Assembly: GCA_049521795.1 (NCBI GenBank)
Contig: JBEKOM010000001.1
Span: 704,001 to 768,000 of the forward strand
DNA: 64,000 nt
Direction of reading: 5' to 3'
From: Candidatus Bathyarchaeia archaeon
Lineage (GTDB): Archaea > Thermoproteota > Bathyarchaeia > Bathyarchaeales > Bathycorpusculaceae
Shown: positions 37,205 through 47,537 of the stretch, piece after piece
Numbering within the stretch: position 1 is the stretch's first letter
How the letters are laid out: every line of letters starts with the position of its first letter
Notes under the pieces: model-generated
Seen by the model: only the letters and a program-made list of their open reading frames with translations
The model's database searches: none
Told to the model about the DNA's origin: nothing
Program-made: the position numbers and the translations under genes

Positions 37205-37720
37205 CTACTCGATGCTGATGTCTTCTGAAAGATAAGCAAGGTCGAATGGTTTAATCATTATACCCGTTTTCAAGCTCACGATGAACGACTGAACATCAGC
37301 TATGAAGTCTGAAAACTTCACCGTGTAATCTCTCATGAAATCTGCGTATTTCGAGTAGTCCCTGTGAACCGACACCATGACCGCATCCTTTCCCAAGCCT
37401 TCTCCGTCGGAGGCGAAAAGAATGTTAGGATGCTCCATCGCCCACTTCTTTGCCAAGTCAAGCTTCCTCTCAACCTCTTCTTTTCCATATGTCTTCGCCT
37501 TCGCAAACGTTAAGGCCAAGATTTCGTAGCCAACCTTGTGGAAATCGGGAACGATCGTGTAACTTCTGATGTAGCCTTCCAGCAGCTTTCTGTTCCTCGT
37601 CACAGTCGGCTGAGACGTCCCGATTGCTCGGGCCAGTTCCCTGTCGCTTCTCCTTGAATCTCGGACCAACTCGCGCAGGAGCTTGTCCATCTTCTCTTCT
37701 TTCATGCGTCTTCGAACCAA
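37205..37720 (-). CDS. Lrp/AsnC family transcriptional regulator
   Basis: LLREL..DSRRSDRELA..IG.SQPTVTR HTH, I..YT..PDF.K.G. The true start may be MKEEK or MDKLL. Confidence 0.88.
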   Translation of the reverse strand: MVRRRMKEEKMDKLLRELVRDSRRSDRELARAIGTSQPTVTRNRKLLEGYIRSYTIVPDFHKVGYEILALTFAKAKTYGKEEVERKLDLAKKWAMEHPNILFASDGEGLGKDAVMVSVHRDYSKYADFMRDYTVKFSDFIADVQSFIVSLKTGIMIKPFDLAYLSEDISIE

Positions 37721-37777
37721 AAACAGTCCTCAAACCATTTATCGTTTTCGGCGCACACTACCGAAGGTCTCGATGAT

Positions 37778-39046
37778 TCAAGTCCTTTTTTCCAAGTCTT
37801 GCTTGAGCAACACAACACTCTTGGGCGGCAGGTCCCGCGAGACCAGAACGTTCGGGCCGACCCAGCTGTCGTTTCCAACCTTTACGCCCGGCATGAAAAG
37901 CGCGTTTATCCCAGTCTTCACGTTGTCGCCGAAGACTACTCCAAGCTTTGTTCTTCCGGTGTCCACAACCTTGTCTTTCACCGACATCTTGACCGTTTTG
38001 GCGTCAAGCCGATAATTGGCGGTTATCGTGCCAGCAGCGATGTTGCACTTTTCACCGACTACGCTGTCACCAACGTACGACAAGTGGCCTATGTGCGTGC
38101 CGTCCATCACAATGCTGTTCTTGACCTCGCAGGCGTTTCCCACCCGCACCCTCTTACCGATGCTCGTGTATGGTCGTATGTAACAGTTTGGTCCCACATC
38201 ACTCTCTTCATCGATGTAGGCTGGGCCTTCAACGTAGGCTCCTGAGCGCACGCGGGCCGTTTCTACAACGGTCACTTGTCCGATCAGGTGGGCACCGTTC
38301 TCTATGAAGCCGCTTATCCTGTGTTTCATCCGCGTCAACGCCCAACGGTTTGCTTCCAGCAGGTCCCAAGGTCTTCCCACGTCAAGCCACTGCTCGTCGG
38401 CGATCTGAGCAGCCAACACTGTCTTCTCGTTGATGAGCAGTGAGAGGGCATCTGGGATTTCCATCTCGCCCCTAGCCGAAGCAGAAATCTGCTTGAGCTT
38501 ACCAAAAATCTCTGTTGAAAAGACATAGATTCCCGCGTTAGCCAAGTTTGATGGAGATTCTTCGCGGGCAGGTTTCTCGATTATCCGCCTCACTTTTGCT
38601 CCATTGTCAAGTTCCACTATTCCGTAGTTCTCTGGATTTTTGACAGGAATGACAGCCATGGTGGCCGCAGGCTTTTCTTTCTGATGTAAGTCAACAACGG
38701 TCCTAACGGCCTCAGCATCGAAAAGCAGGTCTCCGTTAACGAGCAGGAAATCTTCGTGCACGAATGGTTCGACCACGCTCACCGCGTTGCCTGTTCCAAG
38801 CACGGCCTTCTGCTCGGCGTATTCGATCTTCAACCCAAACTTCTTACCGTCTCCAAAGTACGCGCGTATAGCATCTGCCATGTAATAGACGACTATAACC
38901 GCTTCTTCCACTCCTGAAGCCTTCAAAGCGTTCAGACAGTGTTCAAGTATTGGTCTTCCACCGACCTTTATCAGATGCTTCGGCCTAGTTGCCGTTAAAG
39001 GCTGAAGCCTCACTCCCTCCCCAGCGGCCAAGATCGCAGCTTTCAT
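37778..39046 (-). CDS. glmU: Bifunctional sugar-1-phosphate nucleotidyltransferase/acetyltransferase (archaeal GlmU)
   Basis: AILAAGEG.RL.PLT..RPK, LGTG.A, NGD, EKP, W.DVG.PWDLL.AN, left-handed beta-helix with HLSYVGDS. Confidence 0.92.
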   Translation of the reverse strand: MKAAILAAGEGVRLQPLTATRPKHLIKVGGRPILEHCLNALKASGVEEAVIVVYYMADAIRAYFGDGKKFGLKIEYAEQKAVLGTGNAVSVVEPFVHEDFLLVNGDLLFDAEAVRTVVDLHQKEKPAATMAVIPVKNPENYGIVELDNGAKVRRIIEKPAREESPSNLANAGIYVFSTEIFGKLKQISASARGEMEIPDALSLLINEKTVLAAQIADEQWLDVGRPWDLLEANRWALTRMKHRISGFIENGAHLIGQVTVVETARVRSGAYVEGPAYIDEESDVGPNCYIRPYTSIGKRVRVGNACEVKNSIVMDGTHIGHLSYVGDSVVGEKCNIAAGTITANYRLDAKTVKMSVKDKVVDTGRTKLGVVFGDNVKTGINALFMPGVKVGNDSWVGPNVLVSRDLPPKSVVLLKQDLEKRT

Positions 39047-40417
39047 CTACTTCACTTTCCCAGCGGACTGCTCAACTAGCGATACGCCTTTTTCCATTAT
39101 CTTCTTTGTTGTTCTTAACGATTCACCCTCAACCGTCAGTCTTATCACAGGCTCCGTGCCGGATGCCCTGACAAGTATCCACCCGTCTGCTAAGGATAAG
39201 CGGACACCATCAACTCTTGACAGCTCCATGTCTTCTGGAAAGACCTGCCTAAAGTCTTCGCTGACCTTCTTCACAACTCTGTATTTTGCCTCATCGCTGC
39301 ACGTTATGTTTTCTCTCAGGGTTTCATACCTGGGTGTTTCGGAGATGAGTTCTGTTAACTTCTTGTCTTCTTCATCTAGGGCTTTTAGAAGCAGGGCTGA
39401 AGAAAGCATTCCGTCTGGACAATAGTGGAATTGAGGATGTATCCATGCTCCGCACGGTTCTCCTCCGAAAATGGCGTTCTGCTTTTTTATTGCTTCGGAG
39501 ACGTAAATGTCGCCGACTCTTGTCCTCAGAACTCTGCCGCCATGCAACTCAACCATTTTTTCAACGCACATCGAAGCCTCAACGTTTGTTACTACGATTC
39601 CACCGTTCCTCTGCTTTGTGACGTGCCCAGCATAAGCGGCCAGTGCACGGTCAAAGTCTGCCAGATTTCCCTTTTCGTCTATGAAGGCCACTCGGTCACC
39701 GTCGCCATCGTAAGCCACGCCTAAATCTGCGCCCAGCTCCACTATGGTTCTAGCAAAAGGCGTCAAAGACTCTTCGTTTGGTTCAGGGCTTCTGGCTGGA
39801 AAAAACCCGTCTGGTTGAGAGTTCAAGGCTGTGACTTTGCAGCCTAAAGAAGCTAGAACTGTGGGGGCCAGGCTGTACGTTGCTCCGCAGCCTGAATCCA
39901 CTATCAAATACCGTTTCTTGCGGAGTTTCACGGCATCGTTTACCATTTCAACGTACAGGCGTGACTGGTCCGCGGATTGAGAGGCGCCGATGCTCCGCCA
40001 ATCTGTCAGGTAGAATCGCTTCTCTTGGATGATCTTTTCAACGGCGTTTTGCCTCTGCTCATCGTAGGCCATGCTGTCGCTGTGGAAGATCTTTATGCCG
40101 TTGTACTGAGGCGGGTTGTGTGAAGCCGTGATCATCAGGCCCGCGCCTGCCTCCATTCTGTGAGTTAGAAAAGCCAACACTGGAGTCGGCAGGATTCCCA
40201 TGTCTTCGACGTTGGCTCCCCCTGACAGAAGGCCAGAAACCAAGGCGTTTGCAAGCATTGCGCCTGAGCTTCTTGTGTCCCGAGCAACAAGTACCTTGTT
40301 TGTCTTGGAAAACGCTGCAACAGCCATACCTACCTGGGCTGCCAGGACCGGTGTGAGGTTGACGTTCACTAGTCCGCGCACGCCTGAGCTGCCGAATAAC
40401 TTTGACAAGTGTTTCAC
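39047..40417 (-). CDS. glmM: Phosphoglucosamine mutase / phosphohexomutase
   Basis: FGSSGVRG, ITASHNP, YDGDGDR, GGEP.G, RASGTEP. Adjacent to glmU. Confidence 0.88.
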   Translation of the reverse strand: MKHLSKLFGSSGVRGLVNVNLTPVLAAQVGMAVAAFSKTNKVLVARDTRSSGAMLANALVSGLLSGGANVEDMGILPTPVLAFLTHRMEAGAGLMITASHNPPQYNGIKIFHSDSMAYDEQRQNAVEKIIQEKRFYLTDWRSIGASQSADQSRLYVEMVNDAVKLRKKRYLIVDSGCGATYSLAPTVLASLGCKVTALNSQPDGFFPARSPEPNEESLTPFARTIVELGADLGVAYDGDGDRVAFIDEKGNLADFDRALAAYAGHVTKQRNGGIVVTNVEASMCVEKMVELHGGRVLRTRVGDIYVSEAIKKQNAIFGGEPCGAWIHPQFHYCPDGMLSSALLLKALDEEDKKLTELISETPRYETLRENITCSDEAKYRVVKKVSEDFRQVFPEDMELSRVDGVRLSLADGWILVRASGTEPVIRLTVEGESLRTTKKIMEKGVSLVEQSAGKVK

Positions 40418-40534
40418 GTCACCTGAAGTGTCGAACTATCTTATTGATGAAGAGGACCTGCTCCTTTAAAAATTAGGCGTGATTCCAACGTCTTCTGCGA
40501 CGCTTGTACGTGGTTTGCTTGTCGTCGGTCGTTG

Positions 40535-41344
40535 TTAGCCGAGAATGAGGCGTATGAGCATCCAGACGATGTCGCCCATAAACAAGGCTACAATCAGGCC
40601 TGCTGTGACGAATATGAGCATGGGGAGGCCAGGGGTAGCCCAAACCTTATCTCTCATGCTTCCGGCTTCGATGGCTTTGTCCAATCTTTCAACGATCTCG
40701 TTTCTGCCCGCGTCCTTAGGTAAGATGACCAGTTTTCTCTTGAAGCTTCGTTCTGGGGTTTCTTCCACGTCCTCCATGGGGTACACGTGCCACTTCTCTT
40801 TCAGCTTGTTGATGGAAACTTTGTACCCTGTTATTAAGATCAAAATCTTCTTTCCCGGAGATTCATTCTTATGGTCTCCTTCAAACAGGGGTTCCCGAGT
40901 TTTGAGGCGTGAAGACACGTTGTAAAGCAGAATTACAATTGCCGTCAGTGCGGCGAACAGCACCGCGTTGCTGAAAACGGTTATTGGAAAGAAAGTTCTT
41001 GAGATCGGTGAAGGCTGACCTGTTAACGGTGTCAGCAGGTTCTCAGGATAGAAAGGCAAGGCAAGTGCCAGACACATGAGGGCTTTTGCGTCTGCCCCGC
41101 CGAAGCCTCCTGAATAATAGAGCACTAGTGCGAAGGCCGCGGTCAAACCGAAGCATGTACCATACGCGATCAGCTGTGACGGTTCATAGAGAAAGAGTTC
41201 CGTAAACGTAAGTGCAAAAGATAAAGGCGCGAGCAACAGCCAAACACTGTCGCTTACTTCACGGGATTTGTAGTCACTCCATGATGCATAAAGCAGAAAG
41301 AGCAAAACTGTCGTTGATCTTGCCAAGTCAAATAACATTTGCAC
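40535..41344 (-). CDS. pibD: Prepilin/preflagellin peptidase (A24, PibD/FlaK type)
   Basis: YASWSD...REV.D..W, FGGADAKAL, C-terminal VWATPGLPM. Confidence 0.9.
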   Translation of the reverse strand: MQMLFDLARSTTVLLFLLYASWSDYKSREVSDSVWLLLAPLSFALTFTELFLYEPSQLIAYGTCFGLTAAFALVLYYSGGFGGADAKALMCLALALPFYPENLLTPLTGQPSPISRTFFPITVFSNAVLFAALTAIVILLYNVSSRLKTREPLFEGDHKNESPGKKILILITGYKVSINKLKEKWHVYPMEDVEETPERSFKRKLVILPKDAGRNEIVERLDKAIEAGSMRDKVWATPGLPMLIFVTAGLIVALFMGDIVWMLIRLILG

Positions 41345-41452
41345 AGCGACACCGTTGCAGATCTTCTGTCGTTATCGCTCTGGATATTTAACAATTAGGA
41401 TGTGTCGGCATAGAAAGCTTTGCGAATTTTCTTGGCGGAGTTTTCGATTTTC

Positions 41453-41890
41453 CTAAGAGGCTTGTGCCTGCTGTGCCCATGGTCCTAAGATCTGCTCTTG
41501 AGCTATGACTTTGAAGTAATATGTTGCGCCTGATGTCCAGTTGTAGTTTACCGTAATTCTCGCAACGTGGCCTGCTAAGCACGCTTCGGGAAGAGATGAG
41601 CTCGTTAGGTTCTGCCCATTTGAGGATGATGTCCCAACGTAGATTTGGATTAAGTGTGCGTCAGAAGTTCCTGCGTTTTCTATGTCAATATCTATTTTGT
41701 CATTTGCGGTTCCGTAGAAGCTGATGTTTGCCGGGGTCAGTCTGACACCTGCTTGGTTTCCAGCGTTGTTCATGTAAGTCATGACCCAAGCATAGGTTAC
41801 GACGATTGCCGCCACTGCTATGACTACTAGCAGCAGAGTCGCAAGTATCGGTGATATGGCTTTTCTGGACTTCACCATTTTTCTTATCAA
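41453..41890 (-). CDS. Archaeal type IV pilin, probable major pilin
   Basis: Class III signal KSRKA|ISPILATLLLVVIAVAA, short beta-rich domain (I.N.GT.D..L..IYV...G.TY.FKV). Own TATA (TTAAATA, about 41932-41938) upstream. Confidence 0.88.
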   Translation of the reverse strand: MIRKMVKSRKAISPILATLLLVVIAVAAIVVTYAWVMTYMNNAGNQAGVRLTPANISFYGTANDKIDIDIENAGTSDAHLIQIYVGTSSSNGQNLTSSSLPEACLAGHVARITVNYNWTSGATYYFKVIAQEQILGPWAQQAQAS

Positions 41891-42024
41891 ACATATTCAC
41901 CCTTGTGTGTATAGCAAATCTTGCTATTCATTATTTAACTCGTATGAACTCGGAATCCACATTTGAGACACCTGCGAAGTGCCCGACATGAACTTGAAAT
42001 CTGCAAAGATAACGGATTATCGTT

Positions 42025-44973
42025 CTAGTTCCCTGTAGATGGGGTGACAATCGGCGAGTGCTCAGCGAGTATCCACAAGCCTGTTTGGTCACTATTATTG
42101 TAGATTGGCGTAGTTCCGTCGAAAGTTGCAACTGCGCCGTACCAGATGACGTCCATCGAGTTATTGAAACTTGCTGGAGTTGTTGTTACCGGCAAGAGTT
42201 CAATTGCTCCACTTGGATCCGCACTGAGGGCCCCTGTGTTGTTCCCGGCGATGCTGTCGAAAGTGTAGAGTTTCTGGTTAGAATCATCGGTAAACATTAT
42301 TCCAGCCCCGCGTATACCTTGAACGAACTGGCCCCAGTGATGCTGCCAGACTGAAGATGCATTGTAAAACAAGCCTGTTGCATTCGAAACCAACGGATAG
42401 CCTGTCGCATTCAAGCCATTCTCGACCTGAGGCTGACCAGTTAAGCCGGTAACCTCGATTGGACACAGGTTTTTTATAGATCTGCTCTGCGTCGTATTTA
42501 GAAACATTAAACTCAATTGATACGTGAAGTATGTTGCTTGCGCTGGCAACGTTATTACAACGTGCCCATAGAAGTCGTAACAGCCACTCACTCCCCCTGA
42601 CCATTCAGGTTCTTGATGAATTATGTCCCTAACGACTCCGTTAGTAATCACCCAAGCTGGCGTGTCTGAATAGTAACCGCTCAGTTGTTGGTTGACTCGC
42701 ATAAAGTTGCATGTTGATGATGAACCTCCAACAGTCGAGGTGATGGTGAATGTTGATTGGTCGACAATGTGAAGTGTTAATATGCCATTTGTGAGTGTGC
42801 TTGCACCAATGCTGTCTGATTTGAAATACCTATCTGTGTATGCATATGGCGTTTGGGTTGCAAGATCGCTTCCGTTCCACCAGATTGTGACTCTTGAGAC
42901 TTCAGGATTTGCTAGAAAAACCAGCATGTTTCCGTCGCCGAAGACACTTGCGTTGCTCGTCAGGCCTAGTGGAATCGTGTATTCTGAGGCCCAGTCTTCT
43001 ACTTGAAATGGTACCTCAGAATTAACGCCGTCTGTAGTTTCATTCACATGGATGGACTTTATTGGTATGGGTGGAAACGGTTTTGCTGGTGTTGTGAGTT
43101 GCAGGTTTTGGCCCAGCCACCGTATTTGGCCATCCTGTAACAGTTCTGCAACCACCGTGGCGTCCTGCAGATGCGTGGGAGCCAGATATGGTCGAGGTGA
43201 GCCTGGAGGAACCTCTTCTGGTCCCAGCGAAACTGAAGGCTCTGGGTCGACGATGTACCTGACTTCAAAATCATCAAAATAGGTTATGTCGGCTTGTCTT
43301 GAGCCTGCTATTCCTACCATGCCGTATTCTCTCGTGGATCCGCCGCCGAAGATGCCATCAACGGTCCATGACGTCGGTTCATTTGAACCCACTGGCCACA
43401 CCTTGACTTGGCCATCGTTACTTGCTGGATTGATAACTCTGAACTCCATGTAGTACCAGGTGTCTGTTGTCCAGCTGAACGCCGTATGTGTTCCCCACGA
43501 TCGGAGATCGTTTAGCAGGTCTAAACTATTTTGATCGTTATGAAACAGGGCACAATACCCCTGACCAGAAGGATCCATATTGGACGACAGGCCCATTCTC
43601 CCCGCATCGCCCCCGCCGAATTGGGTTACGTTAATCTTTACTACTATCTCAACATCTTGAGTAATGGTTCCCAAAGCGTTGACTAGAAGCTTGTTCGGAT
43701 CTCCGTCAGCTCCTACATTTTTCAACATGCCATTTTCAATAGACCATGTACCACCATTTGTCTGAGAGTACGCTGGCTCTACTGCTGTGATGTTCGGCTC
43801 ATTAGGTCTTTTGAAATCGTCAAACCATAGGTAAACGTTGCTTTTATTCGCTGGCGGGTTTCCAGCTGAGGGATTATCATAGTATAGGTAGTAGTCGTTA
43901 ATGGCTGACGGAGATGGGCCTGTGTCTGTTTGGGTTTTGAACCAAACCTGTGTCGCACCTGTGTTCATGGTACCGGTTACGATGTCGCGATCCAATTCAG
44001 TCCATACAGATCCATTCCAATGAACAATCCTCAGATCATTCCCATTTGGCAACATCTTTCCTGCGGAAACCAAGGAGGCAGTATCAAAGGTCATAAGAAT
44101 CGAGTATCCCGCACTAATCGATGACGCAGCATTGTTTGTAATCGTTATGAGTCTTCGGTACATGTAGCTAGAATTCCACCAAGATGCGTCTGGTATCACA
44201 GGCTTCCATGCTGTAGTGTTCCACACTGTAAAGTTCAAGTCGTACACCAAGCGGCTGAATGATGAGGCTACGACAATTACGCCTCGCGTATCTTCTACCT
44301 GAACAAGGTAAGAAGATGGGTCTACCCCAAGCGGGGCGTCAAGGATGTATGTCCCATTTGCATAAGAGAGCGGTTCGCTTGTTGGAGTGATTTTTAGCCA
44401 CGTCGAGTTTGAAGGTGAGTAACAGTAGAACAGGAAGTTGGTCGCTCCAAGGTTTACAAGCGGTTCATTCTCGTCCTCCGATATATCTAGACGTGCCTGA
44501 TTGCTTCCGCCATTTGTAGCATTCACGCTCAGTGCGCACGAAGTAATATAGGTCATTCCAAAGATTCCAAGACCTGTGAGGTTGTAGTGGACGTCAAGAG
44601 TTCCTGTGCTGTAGCTTGAATTCGTGTACCAGTACGTGTAAAGTGAGGAATTGTTTTCGTTTACGTTGAACGAAGTTCCCCACTGAGGGTATATCGATGC
44701 TATGTTTTGCAATCCTGATTGGAGGTAGTTTGCTGCAAGTGTCTGCGCATATGATTGATTTCCAGTGATCTGCAAGATGGAACCATAATAGCCCAAGGTG
44801 AAGCCCAGTACTTGTCTTAGGGCAAGATTTGTTTCGTCTATCGCACTAAGGATCAACGGCTGATTTTGAATCTGATTATTGCGTATTGTAGAGTAGGTAA
44901 CTACGACAGTTGTTATTAGGATCACGGCGACAAGCAGTGCGGCGATTATTGAGAATTGGCCTTTTCTGTTCAA
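42025..44973 (-). CDS. Giant pilin-like adhesin with an internal DUF2341 + lectin-like module
   Basis: MNRKG|QFSIIAALLVAVIL class III signal. Internal WW...Y.YRR.ITI.N...D...L...GK......DLR...YYLYY.NP...FDDF module. Many N-x-S/T sequons. Confidence 0.75.
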   Translation of the reverse strand: MNRKGQFSIIAALLVAVILITTVVVTYSTIRNNQIQNQPLILSAIDETNLALRQVLGFTLGYYGSILQITGNQSYAQTLAANYLQSGLQNIASIYPQWGTSFNVNENNSSLYTYWYTNSSYSTGTLDVHYNLTGLGIFGMTYITSCALSVNATNGGSNQARLDISEDENEPLVNLGATNFLFYCYSPSNSTWLKITPTSEPLSYANGTYILDAPLGVDPSSYLVQVEDTRGVIVVASSFSRLVYDLNFTVWNTTAWKPVIPDASWWNSSYMYRRLITITNNAASSISAGYSILMTFDTASLVSAGKMLPNGNDLRIVHWNGSVWTELDRDIVTGTMNTGATQVWFKTQTDTGPSPSAINDYYLYYDNPSAGNPPANKSNVYLWFDDFKRPNEPNITAVEPAYSQTNGGTWSIENGMLKNVGADGDPNKLLVNALGTITQDVEIVVKINVTQFGGGDAGRMGLSSNMDPSGQGYCALFHNDQNSLDLLNDLRSWGTHTAFSWTTDTWYYMEFRVINPASNDGQVKVWPVGSNEPTSWTVDGIFGGGSTREYGMVGIAGSRQADITYFDDFEVRYIVDPEPSVSLGPEEVPPGSPRPYLAPTHLQDATVVAELLQDGQIRWLGQNLQLTTPAKPFPPIPIKSIHVNETTDGVNSEVPFQVEDWASEYTIPLGLTSNASVFGDGNMLVFLANPEVSRVTIWWNGSDLATQTPYAYTDRYFKSDSIGASTLTNGILTLHIVDQSTFTITSTVGGSSSTCNFMRVNQQLSGYYSDTPAWVITNGVVRDIIHQEPEWSGGVSGCYDFYGHVVITLPAQATYFTYQLSLMFLNTTQSRSIKNLCPIEVTGLTGQPQVENGLNATGYPLVSNATGLFYNASSVWQHHWGQFVQGIRGAGIMFTDDSNQKLYTFDSIAGNNTGALSADPSGAIELLPVTTTPASFNNSMDVIWYGAVATFDGTTPIYNNSDQTGLWILAEHSPIVTPSTGN

Positions 44974-44976
44974 ATC

Positions 44977-46290
44977 CTATACTCCTCCCACTTGTCCGAG
45001 CTGTAAAACAACGAGCTTTGAAGTGCCAGCTACAGTGTATTCAGAAGCCAGAAGCCTAGGCTTGTAGTCACTCAAAAGCCCTAGCGCCGTAAGCCTGATG
45101 TCAGGCGTTCTTGTCAAACCTAGCGACATGAAACTACCTGTAATGTTACCTGAGGTAATATATCTGTATACTGCGCCGGGGATCGCACTTCCCACAGGAT
45201 TGAGTACGTAGGTTGTCACCGTTAGCTGATATGCGCCTAGAATCGATGAGTCCAAGGCTCGACTTGACGTTTGCTGAATAGATGGATAAATCCCATAATA
45301 GTTGCAATAATACTGCGCGACAGAGGATAAACTAACGGAACCAGGATTATCAGTGCTGGTACCAGCAGCCGTGTAGCTCTGGCTGGTTAGCCCTTGGAGA
45401 AAGGATCCTAGGCCGATATTACCAACCATTACCATTCCAAAGATTCCCCAACTGTTCTGACTGTTTGAGAATGCAATAGTGTTGGAGACGTAGTACAGTG
45501 GCCAGCCTACTATGCTTACCCAGGTCCAATTATACTGGTTTACTCTTTGACCTAAAGTGTAGCAGTAGAGAGAATACGAATTTCTATATGCGTCATATCC
45601 AACATTAGTGCTCATGTAATATCCTGCAGGGATGGGCACGGCTTCGCCGCACGTGTTTATGATTACAGCATTTTGTAAGGTCTCGTTTTGCAGAGGGTGG
45701 TTGTCTAGTATTTGTGCAAATTGTGTTGAGTTCTGCACGACTATTGTGGTTTGGAAGTACGGTGAGAGTAGGTTGTATAGATCATTAGCAAGTGTTGCTG
45801 GTGTGTATCCGGTGATCCACCACCCATTCGAATCGCTACAGTTCAGAATATAGAGCGTTCCGCCTCCACCGTGTTCTCCGATTTTCTCAGGAATTACGTT
45901 GAATGTGACGTTTGAGGAAGCAGCTAGGTAAGAGGAGGCGTCTGAGCCTACGCCTAGGTTCTCCGCGTTTGACATTGACTCTGTGGCGCTGTACACTTGA
46001 TTCGCTCCGTTCGTTACAGTGTAAACCGTCAGGTTGTAAACGAGGTTTGGAGGCAGGCAAGCGGAGAGTGCGGTTTGAAGTTGGCCCCATGCTGGATCAC
46101 CCTGTGCCTTGAACACTGTATCGCTAAGGTCATGATCGGAGTCGAGCATTTCCAGCGTCGTCAACGCTAATCTTCCAAGGTTTATCGGTGAAACTTTTCG
46201 TGGTTGAGGTAAGACGGCGTATGTATAAGATATTACTGAGGCTCCTGTGATGATGATGATAACGAGTAGAACCTCTATAGTCCGCATCAT
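44977..46290 (-). CDS. Pilin-like membrane-anchored protein (MMRTIE N-terminus)
   Basis: N-terminal TIE + hydrophobic helix, rest extracellular-like. Inside the pilus operon with 1-3 nt gaps. Confidence 0.7.
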   Translation of the reverse strand: MMRTIEVLLVIIIITGASVISYTYAVLPQPRKVSPINLGRLALTTLEMLDSDHDLSDTVFKAQGDPAWGQLQTALSACLPPNLVYNLTVYTVTNGANQVYSATESMSNAENLGVGSDASSYLAASSNVTFNVIPEKIGEHGGGGTLYILNCSDSNGWWITGYTPATLANDLYNLLSPYFQTTIVVQNSTQFAQILDNHPLQNETLQNAVIINTCGEAVPIPAGYYMSTNVGYDAYRNSYSLYCYTLGQRVNQYNWTWVSIVGWPLYYVSNTIAFSNSQNSWGIFGMVMVGNIGLGSFLQGLTSQSYTAAGTSTDNPGSVSLSSVAQYYCNYYGIYPSIQQTSSRALDSSILGAYQLTVTTYVLNPVGSAIPGAVYRYITSGNITGSFMSLGLTRTPDIRLTALGLLSDYKPRLLASEYTVAGTSKLVVLQLGQVGGV

Positions 46291-46291
46291 C

Positions 46292-47527
46292 CTAGCTCAC
46301 CACCTGATAACCTTGCTGGCTCCATAATGCAAGTTTAGCCTGATATGAGATGCCGTTGATGGTGACTTGGCGCACGTCTGTAGTAACCCATTCTCCTCCA
46401 AGTGGGTTCCCTCCGAAAACCACTGGAAAAGACATGGAGCTTACTCCCCACGGCATCAACACGATGCCAGAATTGTTTTCGATGCCCGAATCTGTTTGGT
46501 TTTTCTCGTACGTGATGGCTAGAATGCCGGTGTTATTTGTTGGGATTACGACATGGCTGTAAGCGCCCGGACTGATGTTTCCGGTGACATTGGAAAGAGG
46601 CATTTCGCGTAAGGTGAAGTCTTGGGCTAACAGAACAAAAGTTGCGTTATATTGGATTGCGGTTTGGTTGTTTCCACCGTACAAGTCCGCACTGTTAGCA
46701 AGAAGCACGCTTCCGTTGCCAAAATCAGCAATGAGCGGTACTACATAGTTGTTGTTGTACAAAACGTGTTCGTAATCTCCGGCTCCGACTAGTCCACTTG
46801 AGCGGGCAAACGCGACTATGGCGTACGAGGTCTGCGTTCCATCGAAGCCTGGAAAGCCCAGGAAAGCCTGACCTTGGCTATTCGTCACACCAGTACCATT
46901 AGTGATGTTGTAGGACGGATATTGGGCCTGACCTGTAACATTGACGAGACAGTAGCTCACGTTGGCGTCAGCAAGGGGGTAACCGTTTCCCGTTACCGTC
47001 ACGGTTAGGTTCAACGGAGTGGTCTGGGCTGGACTTATGTTAACTGTAACTATCGGAGTTATGGTAAGGCTAAACCCGTATGTACCGTTTATTCCAAGTA
47101 ATCCTGCTACGGTTGAGTAGTTGACGACTTCGTTAAAAGGCACAAGCAGCGATTTTCCGAATCCAACAGCAACGTTACTGTAGTACATGTTGGTCATGGG
47201 ATAATATATCGGGCTTCCTAACGAATAGTTCAGGCGCATGAGAGAAAATGGGCTGAGCTCATACTGCGTGAATTCTGGGTCTTGTAGCCCGAAAATCGTG
47301 GGGGTGCTGTCGGTTCTTCCCCAGAACGTCGTGTTTGCCGAATCGAACGGACTGCCAGGGTTGAGAAGTATGCCGTCAAGAAGGTCACTACATTTGGTTG
47401 CGAGATATCTGTGGCTCTGGTACAGAATTGCAGTTTGTATGGTCTGGTTGAAAAGACCCACGAAAAGAAGCATCGCTCCCAGCAAAACCGTGAAGGCAAC
47501 GATGTGATCGATGGTTGCGCCGGTCAT
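46292..47527 (-). CDS. Pilin-like membrane-anchored protein (MTGATID N-terminus)
   Basis: GGAGG RBS before ATG 47527, TID + hydrophobic helix, L..PG.P..W...GL motif typical of pilus-associated proteins. Confidence 0.7.
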   Translation of the reverse strand: MTGATIDHIVAFTVLLGAMLLFVGLFNQTIQTAILYQSHRYLATKCSDLLDGILLNPGSPFDSANTTFWGRTDSTPTIFGLQDPEFTQYELSPFSLMRLNYSLGSPIYYPMTNMYYSNVAVGFGKSLLVPFNEVVNYSTVAGLLGINGTYGFSLTITPIVTVNISPAQTTPLNLTVTVTGNGYPLADANVSYCLVNVTGQAQYPSYNITNGTGVTNSQGQAFLGFPGFDGTQTSYAIVAFARSSGLVGAGDYEHVLYNNNYVVPLIADFGNGSVLLANSADLYGGNNQTAIQYNATFVLLAQDFTLREMPLSNVTGNISPGAYSHVVIPTNNTGILAITYEKNQTDSGIENNSGIVLMPWGVSSMSFPVVFGGNPLGGEWVTTDVRQVTINGISYQAKLALWSQQGYQVVS

Positions 47528-47537
47528 TTTTTTCCTC

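Noticed and set aside
36898-37239. 114-aa N-terminal extension on the Sm-like protein
   Set aside because: Low-complexity, non-protein-like sequence. An RBS and TATA lie just upstream of TTG 36897.
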